64,000 nt of DNA from Akkermansiaceae bacterium (GTDB lineage: Bacteria; Verrucomicrobiota; Verrucomicrobiia; Verrucomicrobiales; Akkermansiaceae): positions 36,126-100,125 of the forward strand of contig JBPOGF010000019.1 in assembly GCA_051251915.1 (NCBI GenBank), given 5' to 3'. Below are positions 59,237 to 64,000 of this stretch, one piece after another. The translations under genes were made by a program, and so were the position numbers. The first letter of the stretch is position 1, and the number at the start of each line of letters is the position of its first letter. The notes beneath the pieces were generated by a model. It searched no databases and had not been told where the DNA came from. It saw nothing but the letters and a program-made list of their open reading frames with translations.

Positions 59237-60376
59237 ATGGGAAGAAGGAACGCAATTATGATCTGTATTGGCACCACTGCACTGGTGGTGCTGGGACTCA
59301 TTATGCTTGCGTCTACTAGTGTCTGGGTTGAGACGGAGGATTCTAAATATTCCCATCTCATCAAGCAAGCGCGTTGGACTGGGATAGGAGTCATCATGGC
59401 TACTATTGTGGCCTGTGTTGATTACCGATTGTTTAAGAAGTATGCTAAGCACATTTTCATCTTTAGTGTGATACTTCTAGTTCTGTGCTACATTCCTGGA
59501 ATTAGGCATACGGTGAATGGTGAAACTAGGTGGATTAAGCTGCCTGTTCTTGGGCAGTTTCAGCCATCCGAGATTTCCAAACTGGGAGTTATCATCGCTC
59601 TGGGGGCTTACCTAGCGTATTTCCAGTCAGAGACGCGCACGTTTATCAAGGGCTTTGTTATTCCAGGTATACTGATCGTTTTTCCTGTGGCTCTTATTTT
59701 CTTTGAGAAAGATATGGGGACAGCGGTGGGGTTAGCAGCAGCATGCTTTGCCATTCTCTTTATCGCAGGGACTCGTATTAGGTATCTTTTTGTCAGTGCC
59801 GTAGCTGGCATGACATTATTGTTTCTAGCCGTGAAAACGAACCAAAACCGCTGGGACAGGATCACCTCATTCATGGATATGGAGGCAAATAAACTGGGTC
59901 CAGCTTTGCAACAATGGCGTAGTAAATTAGCTTTTAGTAATGGCGGGATTGACGGCTTAGGTCTCGGTAATGGTGCTGAGAAACATGGTTATTTACCGTT
60001 CGCTCATACGGACTTTATTTTCCCCATGATTGGTGAGGAGTTAGGGCTTTGGTACACACTAGGTACTGTATTATGTTTTGTTATCATCGCGGTTTACGGA
60101 ATAGGGGTAGCTATTTGTGCTAGTGATACATTTGGTAGGTTACTAGCCATTGGAGTTACTTGTTTAGTGGTAATTCCTAGCATGATGAACATCGGTGTGA
60201 CTACTGGGCTTCTTCCTAATACTGGATTGCCACTGCCATTTGTGAGCTACGGGGGAACCAACCTAGTCTTTACTCTGATAGCAGTGGGACTCTTAGTTAG
60301 CGTTCATAGACGCTCAAAGTTTGAGGATGAACTAACCTCTAAGGTCAGCAAGGGTGTGGTCCGGGTTAGACTATAG
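59237..60376 (+). CDS. ftsW: SEDS family protein FtsW
   Basis: NGETRWI, FQPSEISK, EKDMGT, LPFAHTDFIF..IGEELG, PNTGLPLPFVSYGG. Confidence 0.95.
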   Translation: MGRRNAIMICIGTTALVVLGLIMLASTSVWVETEDSKYSHLIKQARWTGIGVIMATIVACVDYRLFKKYAKHIFIFSVILLVLCYIPGIRHTVNGETRWIKLPVLGQFQPSEISKLGVIIALGAYLAYFQSETRTFIKGFVIPGILIVFPVALIFFEKDMGTAVGLAAACFAILFIAGTRIRYLFVSAVAGMTLLFLAVKTNQNRWDRITSFMDMEANKLGPALQQWRSKLAFSNGGIDGLGLGNGAEKHGYLPFAHTDFIFPMIGEELGLWYTLGTVLCFVIIAVYGIGVAICASDTFGRLLAIGVTCLVVIPSMMNIGVTTGLLPNTGLPLPFVSYGGTNLVFTLIAVGLLVSVHRRSKFEDELTSKVSKGVVRVRL

Positions 60377-60462
60377 ATGCGAAGTGCCTGCTTTGTTTTG
60401 GTGAGATAAATTAGGTCGAGTGAGGCTTGGGCCTTATTATATGGCTTATTGCGGTGGATATG

Positions 60463-60496
60463 AAAAATCCCTGTTACTCGGGAGTATACAGGGATT
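60463..60496. terminator. Intrinsic terminator between convergent ftsW and YegP-like gene
   Basis: AATCCCTGT...ACAGGGATT hairpin flanked by A/T runs. Confidence 0.7.
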
Positions 60497-60560
60497 AATT
60501 TATAGGGAGGATAGGGGGGAGAAACTAGCCGATTGTTATGTCGGTATAACTAACTGTTTT

Positions 60561-60887
60561 TTAGCAAAGGTCTTTTAAGCGTGAGTCGGCGATGTTGTTG
60601 CCTACTGACATGATTCCGTTTTTTAGGCCACTCTCAGACTTATACATCTGGCTTTGACCGATGATCTGGCCGTTAGATGATTTAAGGACAAAGTATTTTC
60701 TGCCATCAGTTGATTCTTTGATTTCGTAACGATTCTCATCTGCTCCATTTTTAAGGACGGACTCAACACCGTTAGCGCAGCTGGCTTTGTCTTTGTATGC
60801 TTGACCAGAAAGGATTATTTGTCCGTTAGCTGCCTTTAGTCTATAGTGGAATTTCTTAGTTTTTTCGCTTTGATAAATTTCAAACAT
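60561..60887 (-). CDS. YegP/DUF1508 family protein (tandem domains)
   Basis: YRLKAANGQIILSGQAY and FVLKSSNGQIIGQSQMY...NGI.SV repeats. Confidence 0.9.
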   Translation of the reverse strand: MFEIYQSEKTKKFHYRLKAANGQIILSGQAYKDKASCANGVESVLKNGADENRYEIKESTDGRKYFVLKSSNGQIIGQSQMYKSESGLKNGIMSVGNNIADSRLKDLC

Positions 60888-60991
60888 AATAATTTCATTG
60901 TTGTTGTTGTTAAAATAAGCAGGTTTGTAGCTTACATTAATTTAGACAGATGAAATTAACTATTTGTCACACAAAATATGAATTATTTAGG

Positions 60992-62134
60992 TTATTCTAC
61001 TATAGCGAATATATCTCCCTTATGGCTAATGATATATAATTCTCCTTGTGGGTCTACTCCAAAAGATGACATGTGCGTCACTGGGCGACCTCGCTGTGCA
61101 AAGTAGTTGGTCCAGTTGTGTTCAGCGGTGATTTTTTCGCCATCGTAGGCGATGCTCCAGATTTTTGGTTTGACCCAGTCTGCGAAGAAGTAATGGCCGT
61201 AGATGGACTTGATTTTTCCTCGGTAAACATAACCACCGGTAATGGATTTGCCGACTGAGTGGTCGTATTCGTAAATGGGGTCGATTGCTGCGTCTGGCTT
61301 TTCTCCGCCGACAGAGTCTTTTGCTGTGGCATGGGTCGCCTCACGGGTTCTCCAGCCGAAGTTGGCACCGCGGAGGTCTTCGTATGTGACGGCATTGATT
61401 TCTTCCCAGTGATTTTGGCCGACGTCTGCGATGTAGAGGCTGTTAGTTTTTATGTCCCAGCTACAGCGCCAAGGATTTCTGAGTCCATAGGCGTAGATTT
61501 CATGACGGTTGCTAGGGGCTGATATGAATGGATTGTCGTCTGGTATGAGGTAGCCGGTTTCTGAAGAGACATCGATGCGGAGGAGTTTGCCTAGGAGCTT
61601 GCTCATATCTTGAGCGCGTTCTTTGGGGTCATTTCCGCTACCTCCATCACCTAGGGCAATGTAGAGGTTTTTATCTGGGCCGAAACCGATCCAGCCGCCG
61701 TTATGGTTTCTGAAATCTTGGGGGACGCTGATGAGCTTTTCTTCCGTGATTTCTGCCTCGTCTTGGGCTACTGTGAATCTTGATACTTGAGTGTCGCCCT
61801 CGGTGTCGGTGTAGTAGAGGTAGAACCTGCGATCCTTTTTGTAAGTAGGTGAGAATGCCATTCCGAGTAGACCTTGCTCGTTCATTTTGATGTCGATCTG
61901 GCTACGGATATCGAGAAATGGTTTGGGGAGTAGTTTCTTGGTCTTACGGTCATAGACCATTACGCGACCTGCTTTTTCTAGAATGTATAGAGCATCCGTG
62001 GTGGCTTTGGGTGCGGTTAGAAATACTGGCTCGGCAAGGTTATCGATGATTTTTACGGCACGTGGCAAGCTATCGGCATTCACTGCGAGTTGGCCGATAA
62101 TTAAGCTGGTGAGTATTGAGGTAAGTTTTTTCAT
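60992..62134 (-). CDS. PQQ-dependent glucose/sorbosone dehydrogenase family protein
   Basis: EQGLLGMAF, NHNGGWIGFGPD..LYIALGDGG, GKLLRID, YGLRNPWR, DVGQ..WEEIN. Confidence 0.92.
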   Translation of the reverse strand: MKKLTSILTSLIIGQLAVNADSLPRAVKIIDNLAEPVFLTAPKATTDALYILEKAGRVMVYDRKTKKLLPKPFLDIRSQIDIKMNEQGLLGMAFSPTYKKDRRFYLYYTDTEGDTQVSRFTVAQDEAEITEEKLISVPQDFRNHNGGWIGFGPDKNLYIALGDGGSGNDPKERAQDMSKLLGKLLRIDVSSETGYLIPDDNPFISAPSNRHEIYAYGLRNPWRCSWDIKTNSLYIADVGQNHWEEINAVTYEDLRGANFGWRTREATHATAKDSVGGEKPDAAIDPIYEYDHSVGKSITGGYVYRGKIKSIYGHYFFADWVKPKIWSIAYDGEKITAEHNWTNYFAQRGRPVTHMSSFGVDPQGELYIISHKGDIFAIVE

Positions 62135-62751
62135 GACTGGTCTAAATAATGGCTGAGTGATTCGCGTAGGGCGTTTCTGGCGCGGAAGAGCTGGCTCTTT
62201 ACTGCGGAGACGGATAGTTCTAATACATCGGCGATTTGCTCGTAGGGCATATTTTCGTAGCGTCTTAGGATGACTGCTAAGCGTTGTTTTTCAGGTAGGC
62301 TTTGGATGGCCTTATCCACCTCGCTCTTTAGCTCTGCTTGGAGGATCTCTTCGTCTGGGCAGGAGGCTACTTTGTCTTCAAGCTGGGTGAAGGAATTTTC
62401 TTCTTGTTCTTCAAGTGAATGCTCTTTTTTGCGTTGTTTGCGCTTGGTTTCGTTGAAGACGAGGTTTCTGGTGATGGTATAGAGGAAGGTGGTGAACTTT
62501 GCTTTTACCTCGTAACGGGGGGCGCTTTTCCAGAGACGGATAAAGACCTGTTGGGCGATGTCTTCTGCCTCGGAGGAATTTCCGAGCATTTTAGCCACTG
62601 TCCCGATAACAGCATTTTGGTGGAGTTCTACGAGTTGTTGAAATGCGTCTTCAGCTTGGCTACCGCCCGCCTTCACGCGTAGCATCAACTCTACGTTAAC
62701 GTCGTTTTCTTCGTCGGGTGAGTTGTCGGTAGAAGGTTTAGGGATCGGCAT
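62131..62751 (-). CDS. ECF RNA polymerase sigma factor
   Basis: AEDIAQQVF, FTTFLYTI.RN, LPEKQR, YEQIA.VL......VKS.LFRAR. Confidence 0.93.
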   Translation of the reverse strand: MPIPKPSTDNSPDEENDVNVELMLRVKAGGSQAEDAFQQLVELHQNAVIGTVAKMLGNSSEAEDIAQQVFIRLWKSAPRYEVKAKFTTFLYTITRNLVFNETKRKQRKKEHSLEEQEENSFTQLEDKVASCPDEEILQAELKSEVDKAIQSLPEKQRLAVILRRYENMPYEQIADVLELSVSAVKSQLFRARNALRESLSHYLDQS

Positions 62752-62799
62752 AGTTACAGTATAGAATAAACAGGGGTTTTAGCAATTAGTTGCAGAAAA

Positions 62800-63627
62800 T
62801 TAAACTTCGATGACATCTGAGCCGTCTGGGTCAGCTCCTTCTTTTGAGGCGCGGAGGTCTAGGTAGGCGTGGATTTCGTCTGCTGGAGTGTGAGCGCGCA
62901 TGAGGGTTTCTCCTACGAGCACGGCATTGGCGCCGGCGTTGAGGACGCGCTGTGCGTCTGCGGGGTTCTTGATTCCGGATTCACTAACTAGGATGACATC
63001 ATCTGGGACTTCGTCGACGAGTCTTTCGGTGATGCCTAGGTCGGTGGTGAAGGTTTTTAGGTTTCGGTTGTTAATCCCGATGAGGTCTGCGCCGAGGTCG
63101 AGGGCTGTTTCCATTTCAGGTAAGTCGTGGACTTCTAAGAGGACGTCCATTTGGAAGTCTCTGGCGATGTTGTAGAGTTTCTTGAGCTTCTCTGCATCCA
63201 TGGCGGCTGCGATGAGGAGGACGGCATCTGCGCCGGCGATGACAGCTTCGTAGATCTGGGCCTCGTGGACGATGAAGTCTTTTCTTAGGCATGGGATAGG
63301 GGATTCACGGGCTATGCGAGCAAGGTAGGAGAGGTGGCCTTTGAAGAAATGTTCATCTGTGAGGATGGACATGCAGGATGCTCCGCCGTGGATGTACATG
63401 TTTGCTTGGCGCACGGGGTCGAAGTTTGGGTCGATGATTCCTGCGGATGGTGATGCCTTTTTGACCTCTGCTATAACGGCGAGCTGATCTGGGCCGAGGT
63501 CTAGGGCGGATCTAAATCCTCTAAACTCGTTTCTCTCCAGAGCGGCTGCGCGGAGCTTGGCAGTGCGGGGAATGAGGGCTTCGACCTCTACTTTTTTGTA
63601 ATTGATTATTTCTGTGAGCTTGTCCAC
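62800..63627 (-). CDS. trpC: Indole-3-glycerol phosphate synthase
   Basis: IAEVKKASPSAG, SILTD..FF.G, LRKDF, GINNRNL, SESGI, LVGE.LMR. Confidence 0.97.
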   Translation of the reverse strand: MDKLTEIINYKKVEVEALIPRTAKLRAAALERNEFRGFRSALDLGPDQLAVIAEVKKASPSAGIIDPNFDPVRQANMYIHGGASCMSILTDEHFFKGHLSYLARIARESPIPCLRKDFIVHEAQIYEAVIAGADAVLLIAAAMDAEKLKKLYNIARDFQMDVLLEVHDLPEMETALDLGADLIGINNRNLKTFTTDLGITERLVDEVPDDVILVSESGIKNPADAQRVLNAGANAVLVGETLMRAHTPADEIHAYLDLRASKEGADPDGSDVIEV

Positions 63628-63797
63628 GTGGACAAGCTAGATGGTAGTGCTTACTTGTAAATGCGATTTTTTGATAAAAAATGCTTGCCGATCCTCTCAG
63701 ATCATGTAGAAAACGCCTCGCATCTGCTAAGGAAGCTAACAGTGAGTAATCGCTAGACGGTTTTGAAGCAGATCGACAATATGGAACGCAGTAAAAT

Positions 63798-63872
63798 GCG
63801 GGTGTAGCTCAGTGGTAGAGCGCGACCTTGCCAAGGTCGATGTCGAGAGTTCGAATCTCTTCACCCGCTCCA
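63798..63872 (+). tRNA. tRNA-Gly (GCC)
   Basis: GCGGGTG acceptor, TAGCTCAGTGGTAGAGC D-arm, CGACC-TTGCCAA-GGTCG anticodon arm, GTTCGAATC T-loop, encoded CCA. Confidence 0.98.
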
Positions 63873-63926
63873 TGCGGATCTCCTTAGGAGTTCGTTGGGT
63901 GGTCTATATTGACAGAAAAAATGAAT

Positions 63927-64000
63927 GCGGGTGTAGCTCAGTGGTAGAGCGCGACCTTGCCAAGGTCGATGTCGAGAGTTCGAATCTCTTCACCCGCTCC
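63927..64000 (+). tRNA. tRNA-Gly (GCC), second identical copy (last base beyond the window)
   Basis: Identical to 63798-63871. Confidence 0.97.

Overview
A 64-kb, moderate-GC bacterial chromosomal segment, most likely from a Verrucomicrobiota (PVC) organism. That assignment is inferred from protein style, the LysM gene between murD and ftsW, and the long acidic N-terminal tail on uS11. Core content: katG, an HtrA protease, alr, rpsM-rpsK-rpsD, pgsA, gndA, gap/pgk/tpiA, a dcw cluster (mraZ to ftsW), trpC and two identical tRNA-Gly(GCC). Accessory content: a GH29 fucosidase, a phosphate-type porin plus choice-of-anchor I lipoprotein with Pho-box-like sites, PhoD, and a type III PKS/oxidoreductase/methyltransferase cassette. 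About 12.7 kb sits between pgk and tpiA. It carries an arsM-arsS-arsC-glycosyltransferase (arsenosugar-type) operon that runs directly into an LCAT-like acyltransferase lipoprotein and a flavoprotein/4Fe-4S membrane pair, with locally reversed strand skew and a MITE-like element at one edge. Best leads: (1) a small CxxU Rdx/SelW-type selenoprotein gene (13943-14170) with a SECIS-like hairpin, missed by the ORF track; (2) the organoarsenic operon with a candidate arsenolipid acyltransferase; (3) an ADP-ribosylglycohydrolase/alpha-beta-hydrolase fusion; (4) a probably inactive HrgA/COG2958-like nuclease upstream of alr. All family calls come from motif recognition by eye, with no database search. 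No CRISPR array, rRNA or intact transposase was seen.
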